A program made the position numbers and the translations under genes. DNA of 62,039 nt, filler included, from Platydemus manokwari (taxonomy: Eukaryota), in NCBI GenBank assembly GCA_037951405.1. It is 6 parts of 6 records of this genome, joined end to end, with 100 filler letters (N's around TTAATTAATTAA, not from the genome) between each part and the next. Parts side by side here need not be neighbours in the genome. Positions count along the whole stretch, not along the records: positions 41,272 to 52,001 come from JBBMOY011109775.1; positions 52,102 to 62,039 come from JBBMOY011186989.1; 4 more parts are not named here. The stretch is one strand, 5' to 3'. The notes under the pieces were generated by a model. The model had not been told where the DNA came from, ran no database searches, and saw nothing but the letters and a program-made list of their open reading frames with translations. Shown here piece after piece: positions 50,503-62,039 of the stretch; position 1 is the first letter of the stretch; each line of letters starts with the position of its first letter.

Positions 50503-50939
50503 GTAAGTAAGAGTGTAGAATTGACATTTCATTCAGGCCCATCCGCATTTTGCGGTTAGGCCTGCTGAATTGATAAGAAAATGATTCGATTCCGAACTCA
50601 GTATAATTTCATTTGACATAAAAATCATTCAGGTTTTCTGAGTGCGCCACTTGCTTGAATATTGAATTACAGATATTGTTTATCATAAATTAATAATGAT
50701 AATCGGTAGGACGAAAATATATATAAAACGTACTGCTTCTAAATATCGTCAAATATTTATAATTTTATTGGACTCGAATTTATAAATAATATTTATTGGA
50801 ATATTATTAAATGATTGGTTACCATGTCAATTTATGCCTATCTTTAATGTGGGGAATATCAGCTTATGAATCGGTATATGGATGAAATCAATGACAATAA
50901 CAGGAGTATTATTTTTTCAAAAATATTAGCGTAAACGGA

Positions 50940-51780
50940 TTTTTTAATGAATTAAATTTTCAAAGATTTCATTCAAATTTTTTGTATGAAATAATATTAT
51001 TTGTTTATATAATTGTATTTTAATATATAATTTGGTGTCCTAAAATAGCAGCGGCTAACATGGCGAACACGAATCTGGATTCGATTCTGAGAAGATCAAT
51101 GACGATGAATTATAGAAAAGTAGGAGGAAGGTATAAACATGCTGTAGACAGGATATAGAGAGATGCAACTAAATAAGGTAAAAGAATTAGAGATTTTTGA
51201 AGTGGATAAATATGTATTTACTCCAGAAAAGATTAGAAATACAAATAAAAACAAAGATTTTGACGAAAATGCGATACGAGACTTTTTAATGAATTTAATT
51301 TTCGAAGATTTAATTCAAATTTTATATAAAATATTATTATTTGTTTATATAATTGTATTTTAATATATAATTTGTAATTGTGACTTTTCAGTTCGTCTTC
51401 AATGCGTGTTTTATAAAATAATAGCTGCTTACAATGAGAGTGGGTGGAAGGTGTTGACAATATGTAGAGAAGGTATAAACATGATGTAGACAAGATATAG
51501 AGGAGATGCAAATAAAAATATAAATAAAATGAAAGAATTAGAGATTTTTATGTGGAGAAATGTGTAGAATATTCAATACAGAGCGAATAAGAATAAGGCT
51601 TTACAGAAAGGGGGATGTGAGAATTTTTAATTGAATTAAATGTTTAAAGATTTAATTCAAATTTTATATAAAATTATATTAATTTGTTTATATAATTGTT
51701 GTATTTAAATAGTTAATTTGAAGTGATGACTTTTCAGTTGGTTTTCAATACGTATTTTATGAAATAGTAGCGGCTTGCAG
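50940..51780 (+). repeat. About 2.5 tandem copies (about 340-bp period) of the dispersed repeat family, opposite orientation to 15790-16600
   Basis: gattcgattctgagaagatcaatga, aaagaattagagattttt, tgacttttcagtt and atttgtttatataattgt recur; reverse complement of the family. Confidence 0.88.
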
Positions 51781-52001
51781 TGTGATTTTAATATAAACAG
51801 GAATTTGGGCCTTGTGAGAATAATAATTTAATTATCAATGTAAAATATTATTTGTTAACATTTTTAATCTATATTTACCAGTCCAATATATCTACAAAGA
51901 TTTATTTATTTGAAATTATTCTTAAAGAAAATTTCCAAAATAATAAACGGATATTATTAATTTTATAAGTGTATATTTTCAATATTCTTATTTATTGATT
52001 T

Positions 52002-52101
52002 NNNNNNNNNNNNNNNNNNNNNNNNNNNNNNNNNNNNNNNNNNNNTTAATTAATTAANNNNNNNNNNNNNNNNNNNNNNNNNNNNNNNNNNNNNNNNNNN
52101 N
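52002..52101. other. Artificial scaffold linker
   Basis: N44-TTAATTAATTAA-N44. Confidence 0.97.
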
Positions 52102-53102
52102 AAGTAGATTAAATGTTGTAGAAAACAGAGCAGGAATACACTTTGTCAATAAATAAAATCAAGTATTATTTGGTCTTACTCTAGTTTTCGTTAATCTATT
52201 CCTCGTTCCGCTATGATCAATACAAATTTAATGTTATGCTTGAATAATTCGGTCATTGAATATTTCTGTGACAAATCGGTGGGCAGTAAAATATGGAAAA
52301 GTTCTCAGTAAAAATATAATAACAAATTTGCAATTGCAGTTAATGAATAAATCCAATACCAACAAGGCTTAGCAAGCGATTCATCACAAAGAGTGTGTAG
52401 ATTACAATATTGGATCACAAAAAATCTGTGTTCTAGAAATCTTAGGTGGAATCTTTTAGATCCAGAATGAAAAATTTTTTTATCACGATGACTATTTTTA
52501 TTTTCGTTATTTTATTTATTCACCTCGCTATCAAAGTAATAATTAATTTAATTAATGATTAACATTGTATAATGATAAAGTTTAAATGTAAGTAGCTGTC
52601 TAATTTGCATTGTGCCTCGCAATTTGGCAAGTTTTGATGTTATCTTATCGTTTGTTCAGTTTTATTATTTCATCAGAAATTTAATGTTATGGTTTATTAA
52701 TTAAGTTCCATGATCATTTCTATGACTAGTAGGTATTGAGTAAAAAATGTATCTACTGCGCCCCAAGCCTTTTTGTTTAGAGTTCTTTTTGTGTATAATT
52801 GGTGCTGTTGAATTATTAATTCTATTATTAAATTCAATTTTCTTATTGCCTAAATAAAGCTTTACTAATTCACAGACATAATTTTGATATATTTCTCTAC
52901 GCAATACAACTTTTATTAAAAACATTGATTTACCGGCAATAAGAAACCATTTCGCACAAACATACTTGTTGCAACAACTGATTTGTATTAACTTGAAACC
53001 ATTTGATAATTCATTTAACTTATCGGTTAAATTATCCGTTATAACTCGTGCTTTTTATGCTCTCGCCAAGTAAAATACAATCACTTACAAAATAACAATT
53101 AA

Positions 53103-53362
53103 ATCGTACCTCCAATGGCAGTTCCACAATGGCAAAACAAACTCATACTGCCCTAAATTAACGAAAACAAGGGATGAAGACTATTCACAGTTGGACCTTG
53201 ACTCTGAGGACGATTAATAAGCAATCAACTACTGGACGTAGCCAAGAGAAATGTGATAATAGGTTCAATCGCAAGAGAGAATCTATGTTATAAGTCGTGA
53301 ATTATCACGGTTAACCAATTAATCATTGTCTTAAATAGATATTTGTTTTTTTTGTTTTTTTT
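53103..53362 (+). mobile_element. Severely 5'-truncated copy of the RLE retrotransposon at 218-2580 (ORF end + 3'UTR + T-rich tract)
   Basis: Colinear with 2321-2580, e.g. gcaatcaactactggacgtagccaagagaaatgtgataatag is identical. Confidence 0.92.
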
Positions 53363-55429
53363 TAAAATATTTTGTTGGTGTGGTTTATTCTAATTTATCC
53401 TTACTGGTTCCTAAGGGGCATCAACAACGGGTATGAAGACCTCGTCATTCGCAAATAAATCACTCTCACTATCTAAAGGTTTTATTATAATTCAGACACC
53501 CAAATTTAATCGAACTTGTCAGTTATGAGAACTGGTTGACGATGCTGAAATGTGTAATTTACAAGTTAACTATTCGCTCAGCTAAATATTATATAAGACT
53601 AACTACTTCCAATCAATCCGATATTATTCGTGCTATATGAGCCGTGTGGGGAACTAGCCTGGCCATTTTGACCCAACCAAAGCATAAAATAAATAGAAAT
53701 AATAATAAATTTTTTTTCAAAAAAATATCCAAATTTTTAAAATTTGTTTTACTGCACCAAAACTAATCGACATTAGGGTCATTAGGAAAAATTGCATCAG
53801 AATCTAAAAATAGAACCAACGGTGTACGTAAAACAGAAATAACATTACTAGTTGCTAAAAATGAGCACTAAAACTAAAAATAGTAACATACATATGCTAA
53901 AATTAGTAACATATGCTATTAAGCGTAGAATGATACCAGAAATAGCGACAAGATGCATGACTCACAATAATGAAGAAAATAGTATAAAAGCAGAGAGCAA
54001 TAAGCTATCATCGCACTTCGACTAACCACACTTGCGACTTATCTATAAAATTGTAGGAAATTTCACAAGCACAATTCCGACACATTTATAAAATTGTAGA
54101 AAAATTTTGTAATTCGATGAAACACAGTTCCGAAGCTATTTTATACAAGTTTCAATTTTATTGTATGCCAATTTTGATCCACAGATTTTGAAGAATTTTA
54201 TTATGTATCCCACAAGTAAATTTATTAACTTTCTAATTAATTCTTAACCCACAGCTAGTTTTAGCCTTGTGGTCTACTAAAATTTATAAGCTCTACTTAG
54301 AGTTTTCCACCTTCATTTTAGTCACGTGAGGCTTACCCGGGCACCTAAGCGATACGTCTTTTACTGTTTTCTTTACTAACACTCTTTGCTCCCACAATAT
54401 CGAACACCGGCTTTAGTATTTTAAATTTATTGTACTCAGATTATTAGTTATTGATCAATATATTTTACTTTGTTCTATTTTTGCAGCTGTTCACTATATT
54501 ATTTTTTATATCATATATATTTAAATATTATTTTTATTATATTAAACTAGCGATCAAGAGACGACAACTTCCTATCTGTTTGGAGTCCAGATAAGTTGAA
54601 GATTTTTGGGTATTGATTAAAATCCTTCTGATAATCATTATAGTATTAGTTACAGCGTTTACAAATTGGACATTCGTAATTTGAATTTATAATTACTGTA
54701 AAACACCTCGACAATCTTTAACAGCTGGTCTATATATTATATTATTGAACTGAGTTTTAAAAGACAATTGTGGTTTAACAGATATATTTTAGAAAATAAA
54801 ATGGAACGCAGTTGAAATGTTATACACAAACAGAATAAACAAATAGCCGGAACGTTGCCTCAGCAAGTAGCCAGCAAAATCCGAAGCGGACCGAGAAAAG
54901 ATTCGTTAGATGGATGAAAACTTTGGCAGATAATCACAAAGATTAACGTGACAGTACAATTATATAACTGTGAAATAATATGATTAATACAATGGCCCGT
55001 GATGGTTAAAGTTATAAAGTTGATTAATGTAATTAATGTAATGAAGTGAAATATTAAATACAAACTAATGTATAAAAATTCCTCTTCCGAAATGTACTCC
55101 AAGTGATCTCGAAAATATCTCTTCTTCGTGAACGTATTCCAACCGAAAGTAGATGCGAATGTCTGTTTAATATCTATTTAATGTCTAGCTAATATCGCCA
55201 TATAACTCTGCTGTTTGCTGCAATGCTGAGTGTGGACGATTCTGGTTTCAGCTAGGTATTTATACCCCCTCCACTTCTATTTTTAGCAACATCCTGCCGT
55301 TAGCGATGATTTGCATTTTTATGTCTTTATTATTGACATTCCAATGTATTATTATGAGTACGTTTTATTATCTATCTCGTTGCACTTTATTATAATATTA
55401 TTTATTATATTATTAGCCGTGACTATTTT

Positions 55430-55580
55430 AAAAAGGACTCAACGCAAACGAACTGAAAAGTCACGACACCAGATTATATTTTAATGGCCTTTATTTAAAA
55501 AATAAATATTTTATAAAAATATGATTTTCAAATTTTTTTTCAAATTTTACTTTATTATAAATCTTCAAAATTTAATTATC
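55430..55580 (-). repeat. Partial copy of the dispersed repeat family (non-coding part)
   Basis: aaacgaactgaaaagtcacgacaccagattatatt matches about 16465-16500. Confidence 0.65.
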
Positions 55581-57586
55581 ACTACTCTCCTTCGTTATTC
55601 ATTCTCTAACCAATCAAAGTCAAAATCAATAATCATAAAATACTATTAAAAGTTAAATCACAAACAATCAAAATCACATAAAAACTTAAGTCGCCAACAC
55701 CTAAATAATCGAACAATAATTTTTTAAGCAAAACTGTTTGCTGGGCTACTGGGACTGCGCTTGACAGAATTAGCTGATGTTGGAAAATATTTTGAATTGT
55801 TGGTTGAAGTGAAATGTTGGAATATTTGAGAATCATACTTGAATTGGAATATTTACTGACTGATGGTATTGTTGCAGTTAATTGGGTGATTTCAATGGAG
55901 TCGATGGATTGGTAACATTGTTTATTCAAGGAGGATGACAGTTGCAGTACATTTTATTTGTTTGTATATTTGATGGAATTCTTCATCAAAAATTAATATG
56001 TGCCTTTTTTAATTCAGTTATTAAAAATGAATTCACCTAACATATCTTGAAGTTCTCTTTATTGATTATGGATAAAATTATGCCTGCAAGTATTCTTCAA
56101 AACAATTAACGATCCAGTAAACTTATTCATTAAGTTTAAAATAATAATTCTTCAAGCATCATTTGTGGCTCTCTTAAAAGGTCTGATTTATGTCGTCTCA
56201 TTTAGACCAAGAGATGAAGGCACTGTTTAGTGATCAGATAAGTTCAGAAATTTTCATTATGAAAATCTGGAAAGCAATAGTAAAATTGATCAATAATTCT
56301 TATAATTTATTAGATCAGTTGTTACCTTAATAAAAATGAGCGTAAGTTGAATAATAGTATAATAAATAATCCAATTAATAATAAAATCCAAAATAAATAA
56401 AACAGCATAATTATAGTTAAAAGATTGTCGACATATGCGACTACTGCAAGAAGATAAAGAAAAAAATAGCACGTTTTTGGAATTGATCTTTATTCACAAT
56501 GTGCAAATGGAATCATTTAATACCGGAGTTCTCTAACAAATGAGGCTATATCTTTACTTCACTATAATATTTTCACTCTCAAGTGAAATTTTAAAATATT
56601 TTTTATAATCTAATTCAATTCAACTGAAGCTCTTAAAGTCTTTAATTAGAATTCTATTGTTTGGTTCTTTATAGATAGCGTCTCTTATGGTAGCGCCCAT
56701 AAGAGTCCTGGTAAAAGATTCATGGATGGTTAGGCCTAAAGATACCGTAACCATTACTATTAAATGTTTTGTTTCGATTAAAGAAAAGTACTTTACCTGC
56801 TTAATGGCCTAAAATCATAAATATTCTGCCTTATTGTATTTCATCAATGGTATCTTGTGTATAACAATTATTTATTATAAATCGAATTATTGATTTTATT
56901 ATTTATCTATAATTCAATATCATATGCATGATATACATACACATTTTGGAGTCAGGTGCATTTATTTAATAATACCATATAAAATAATCAACAAATTTAA
57001 GCTCAATTACTTATAGCCTATCTATAATTAATTGATTCTCACATAACCTCAGTCTAAATTTTACCAAATTAGTAAACCTAGTAAGCCCAATATATGGATA
57101 TCAGATAGTACGAATCCGGTGACTTATACTTGGTCAACATATGATAATCTATTAAAATATAAAATAAGTTGGGGTTAATAGTAAATATTTGATCGATAAT
57201 TCCAAATAGAAAGTTAAGCCGTGTGTTACTTGGTAGTCTAATGTGACAGGTATAAATTTGAAGAGCAATATTTACTAATCAAAAAAGCCTTTTAAAAGAT
57301 GAAAGATTTTTGTCCCCTGAAGGCTGGAATTATAAATTAATACTAGTGGCAGGAACTAACATCACACGGACTTTGGTTAAAAAGATGTGTCAGGAAGAAT
57401 AAGTTTGAAGAATGATAAGTTGAACCTGGTCTGATGTTTTTGGATATTCATCTCGCAGAATATTTTATTGTTAATTTTACAGTTGTCGTTAGAGATAATG
57501 TAAATATAAATTTGGTGTAGTAAGCCGTTACTATTTTATTAAGCATACTTTGAGAACTAATCGATAAATCACGACACAAAATTATA

Positions 57587-58989
57587 TGGGGTTGGTGCAT
57601 AAATTCGTGCGGTTTTTTACAATTGTGAGGAATGCGTACTAATCAAGAATAAAAGCCATGCAAAAAATTCCAGACAACAAAATGAATTCATGAAATCATT
57701 AGAAGAAAAATCCCAATCTCAATAGGTGAGATATTCTCCGCCACAATTGGTCACTTCCTCCCACTGTTCTGGCAGTTTGTTAATCCCACATTTGAAGAAT
57801 CTTGGTGATTTTTGGTAGAAACATTCTTCAATCCACGTTTTTACTGCTTCTCCGTTTTCAAATGTGAGACCAAAAATATGGTTTGACAGGGACCGCAGAA
57901 GACGAAAATCGGACGAATATGGAGAATGGGGACGAGCTTCCCAGCCATACTCTTTAATACCCACCTTTGTCAATGTGGTGACATGAGGCCGAGCATTGTC
58001 ATACGATAAAATTATTTGCTTCTTATTTTTCCTGTTTGCTTTGATTGCAGTGTTTGCTCGCTTGATTTGTTCCCTTTAAAGTTTGGCATTGATCGTTTCG
58101 TTTCTTAGCAAGATTTCATAATGAATAGCACCATTTTGGTTCCACCAAACGCAGAACAAGATTTGTGTTTAAAATTTACATACGGACACCACTTCTCATC
58201 GTCTGTTAAGATCTGGAAAGGAAAGACTTATCTTGCTGCACAGCAGGTTGATGGCGAACGAGTAAAGATAGAGAAATCGAAACGCGTTGATTTTTGTGAC
58301 TTTCTTTGAGAAGATGAGGAACTCACGATCCAAGCTTCTTAACTTTTCCCATTTTCTTGAGATGTCGAGAAATGGTAGTGTGATTACAATCTTTTAAAGC
58401 TTTGGGAAAACTTGGAAAGAATCTTTGAAAAACGATCGGTAAACATCTAAGCGTTGATAATCATAACCAGTATTTAATAATAATAATTAACAAAGACACT
58501 TTTAATTTAAACAACCGTTCTAAAGGATCACACCTTTGGAACTAATATTCTAAATTATATATTCAAATTAGTAGGAGTTAGGAACATAAGTTCTCACGTT
58601 CACGGTGAGGTTACTTAACCGATTTGTTTATAAAACCTCTGGTTTGAGCTGACAGTTTGATTTGAATAATTTGTTGGTAAACAATTTGTATTATAAATAA
58701 ACATATAATTTAATTACTTGTCATTGGATATAATTATAAAAAATCATATTGAAGAATTGATGCTGTTGAGTTGACCATTAACACCAATCACAACATCATA
58801 TACAGTCCCAACAATTTCCATCTACCTGACACTCCATTTTAATGAGGGTAATTAAAGTGAAAGTTAGTCCAAAATGATTTAAATAGATGATTCCGATGAA
58901 TGAATAAAACTCAAATCAGTTAAAACAAGACCTTGGGGAGTGTTTTCTTTGTAACAAATAGAACCGCACGAATGTTTTCACCAACCCAA
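57587..58989 (-). mobile_element. mariner transposon with both 28-bp TIRs and flanking TA; transposase decayed and partly replaced
   Basis: TA|tggggttggtgcataaattcgtgcggtt ... aaccgcacgaatgttttcaccaacccaa|TA; start MECQVD at 58837; DEKWC, YDNARPH, GWE..PHSPYSSD; homologous to 11364-12300. Confidence 0.92.
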
Positions 58990-59004
58990 TATTTTAATCA
59001 CAAT

Positions 59005-59300
59005 AATTTAAGCAAAATAATATTTTTATTATGAAATTATAATTAAATCTTTAAATTTTTTTTTATAAAATCATCATCATCATTTTAAATCCTTACATCC
59101 CACATTTCTTCAGTGTCTTTGATTTTCTATCTATTCTCAATTATCTCTGTATCGAATTATCTAAATATTTATTTATATACAAATTTATGTTTTGTTTATC
59201 TTTTTATATCTTCTTCACTTTATCTTCACGTTATTATTCTCTATATTTTCTTTACATCTCTTCTGTGTCAACCCCTTTATCTCCTATACTTTCATGTCTT
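59005..59300 (-). repeat. Diverged copy of the dispersed repeat family
   Basis: attatttaagcaaa..aattaaatctttaaa..tctttgattttctatctattct.aatt..tgtatcgaat..ctaaatatttat aligns with 15810-16000. Confidence 0.75.
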
Positions 59301-59450
59301 AGACTTTCGGATGGAAACTTGTTTGGTGATAAGTAATAGTGAATCAATGATTTTTCAACCGATAATTTACTATGTAATTAAATGAGCTTCCGTGAGTTAG
59401 AGATTGATGTTTCCACCAATATCTGAAACTTCACAGATTAATAGGTTGCG

Positions 59451-60263
59451 TGTAAATGGGTTATATAAATATTAATAATAACAACAATAATGCAATAACG
59501 AAATACTTTATTATAGTAAAGATTAACAAATGTGTTATGCTGTAAAGTTAGAAGGAGTAAGCTGTTGTGCCCTGAAGATTTATCAGTAAAGAACAACCAC
59601 CGCAGGGAACTAAGTGGTGCCCCACTGCGGTATATAAACTAAAGAAATGAGATTTTAGACTCAAACTCTGTTACGATTTTGTGAGGTTTAATGTTCACTG
59701 ACAACAAATCTCCTCTCGGAGAATGACATCAGGTGAGCAAAATAACAATGAACTTTTACCATTTTGAATTAATTATTGAGCTGAATAAGATGTGAACAAT
59801 TTTCGCCGGATACTGGAAACTGTTGAAAATAGTTTATTATTTGAGTTATCTCGAATTTGATCTGTAATCTCGAAATTGATCTCGACGTGGATCTGTAACC
59901 GTTACGAATTGCGTCGTTTTGTGTCGAAAATACTGAATTTTACTTCAGTATTTATAGGGATTTGGAATGTGGGCGAATGATTAATTTTATTTCTGATTTG
60001 TGGATTTCCTTAGTAATACCCACTGTTGTCATGGCAATTCGCATTTAAATTTGAATTTCTATGACTATATTTCGGATTGCCATGGTAACGTGGGTTAATA
60101 ATTTATCGAAAAAATTTTATAACTTTTATTAATATCATTTCGCCTACATTCCTACATTTTAATTAATGTGGGTTTTCTGTTTTATTTATTATTATTACTA
60201 TTATGTATTATCTATTATTATGTAATTTATAGGCTTGCAGCCTGCATGGGTATTATCCCAACA
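59451..60263 (-). mobile_element. Possible solo LTR
   Basis: TGT...ACA termini, minus-strand TATAAATA near 59950, abuts a Gypsy integrase fragment; no target-site duplication seen. Confidence 0.3.
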
Positions 60264-60269
60264 GTACCA

Positions 60270-60610
60270 CCGTGTCTCGGTCTGTCCTAATCCTTCTTTC
60301 GGATAACCCATTTGCCTGGTGTTGGTACAGGAAGGTAAATTCTTGCTTAACTTCTTCCCAATTCATTCATTTCCTTTTCCTCGAAAAATGCACATTGATC
60401 ATTGAGCATTGATTTGACAGCACCATACCTGTAGATCCAATTATCGATGACAGACTTGGAAATACTAGTCTCGCCTTGTCGAATAAGGGGCACTAAGCTT
60501 ACTGGCTTGCTAAATCTATCCTCAATAATCAACAGATGCTTGATTTTAGCCATAAATTCCCCAAAGTGCGCAACATCAACAACAATAATAGAAGACTTCA
60601 GCAAATGCGA
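60270..60610 (-). mobile_element. Gypsy integrase fragment related to the element at 23865-27766
   Basis: VVDVAHFGEFM...WIYRYGAVKSMLNDQ...F; DNA matches 24370-24690 (cataaatt.cccaaagtgcgcaac.tcaacaac; caccatacct.tagatcca). Confidence 0.88.
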
Positions 60611-60644
60611 AAAGGTTACTAATGAAATACCAATGATTCTTTTT

Positions 60645-60700
60645 TTTAAAAAGAATTATTTATTGTATATTGATGCTAACAATTTATACGGATGGGTTTC
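60645..60700 (+). mobile_element. Tiny fragment of a protein-primed family B DNA polymerase (Polinton/Maverick/adintovirus-like)
   Basis: NYLLYIDANNLYGW corresponds to motif A Y.DANNLYGW(AM) of Polinton-type pPolB. Confidence 0.6.
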
Positions 60701-61587
60701 TATGATGGTTTTTCTGTTACGAGCAAGGCTACTGAAGTTGTGAGCCTATTTATTCATTATTATTAGGCATTTGTAGTTATTAATAGTTTTCACTGGTCCT
60801 ATGGGACTTCTGTAACTCGTATGAGAACAAAGTTACCGGAAAGATAACTGAAATCTCTAAAGGTTAAAGCTTATCTATTCTATTGATTGTTGCAACAAGG
60901 ATTATTTTCCCTTTGTAGCAAGTATGGCTGGTACTGAGAGTTCACAATGATATATTAATAGATTATTATTACTCCAAATACGTAGAGATATATTTTATAA
61001 GGATGAATAAATCGATTAATTTTAGTAAGGTTTATTTAGGAAAATTTAAGAAGAGTAAAAATAATACAAAAATTGCTAAAATGGGCAACGCAATAAATAG
61101 GAGATTACTGTAAAATATCCACACGAGAGACATCGGAAAGGACCAAATTGAAGCGACTGTAAATTCATTAATTTAATCAATGATTAATTAATAATTGTGA
61201 TAACGATAATGTTGTAATAAGATAAATATGAAATTTACTTACTCTCAAAAAATCTTCTTTCGGCAAAAATTGTTTCTTCTCAATATTCTTATTTCTGAAT
61301 AACTTCTGCTCCCAAAGTTTATATTTTTCTACTGGATGAATGTTATGAAGTGCTCTGACTTTATATACTATTTTTCTACTAACGCTTATCATTTTTATCT
61401 GCTTTCTTTTATTTTATTTTTTTATAGTAATTTCTCGTATTTTCATTTCAATGTCTGGTTACTATTTGTATTTGTTCATAAAATGTGTAACAATTGTTTG
61501 GTTTACGATTTTTGTGTCTCACTTCTATGTTATATTCGCAATTTTAAATCAAATAAGATTTTATTTTTCTCGCATTACTTAATAAGA

Positions 61588-61621
<34 letters not shown>

Positions 61622-61633
61622 GTTGTTGTTATT
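61588..61633. repeat. (TTA)n/(TTG)n microsatellite
   Basis: Direct observation. Confidence 0.9.
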
Positions 61634-62039
61634 AATGAAATTTCATTTTATTATCACTATCGTTATTTGATCTCGATTGTATTAATTAATGTTTGTTATT
61701 ATTTTAATCATTTGTCTACAATTTGTACTCTCTCTCGAGTTTTTTACAGAGTCACATTGTTAAAGAATTAAAGCAAATGACCACACAACATGATAATAAT
61801 CTATTATCTTAATCATACACAAGATATATAATAATATTATTTGTATTAACTATCTTACACTTAGAGCAAGATCAAAAATCAAAAAAATAAAATGTAAAAC
61901 AAAAATTCAAATAAATTCAAAAGTTTTAAGAAACAATTTTATGCATCAGTTAAAAATGATCAATAGTAGTATGCTAGACCAGTGTTTGGCGCTATACCTT
62001 CAAATCTACCAAATTTACAAAACTATCAATTTTTCTAAC

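Overview
AT-rich metazoan nuclear DNA with short (about 45-80 nt) spliceosomal introns, possibly from a reduced or parasitic invertebrate (taxon not determinable here). The window is not contiguous: five identical 100-nt artificial linkers (N44-TTAATTAATTAA-N44) join six separate pieces of about 9-11 kb. Host genes reconstructed by hand: RPS3A (complete), 3' end of WDR35/IFT121, a Pelle/IRAK-like death-domain + pseudokinase gene, an intronless SLC6 transporter, 5' exons of a PDE4 long isoform, the 5' part of PHF14, FAH (complete) and the 5' part of HDAC11 (with a GC-AG intron). The rest is largely decayed mobile DNA: an RLE-type non-LTR retrotransposon plus a 5'-truncated sibling, a Ty3/Gypsy element with about 60-bp terminal repeats and a tRNA-Arg-like PBS, mariner, DD41D, Merlin and pogo/Tigger elements, and a Polinton-type polymerase scrap. 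The least explained feature is a dispersed, tandem-forming 300-400 bp repeat carrying a gene-like reading frame with position-conserved TAG codons. No clearly new biological system can be established from the sequence alone. All family assignments rest on motifs recalled from memory; no searches were run.
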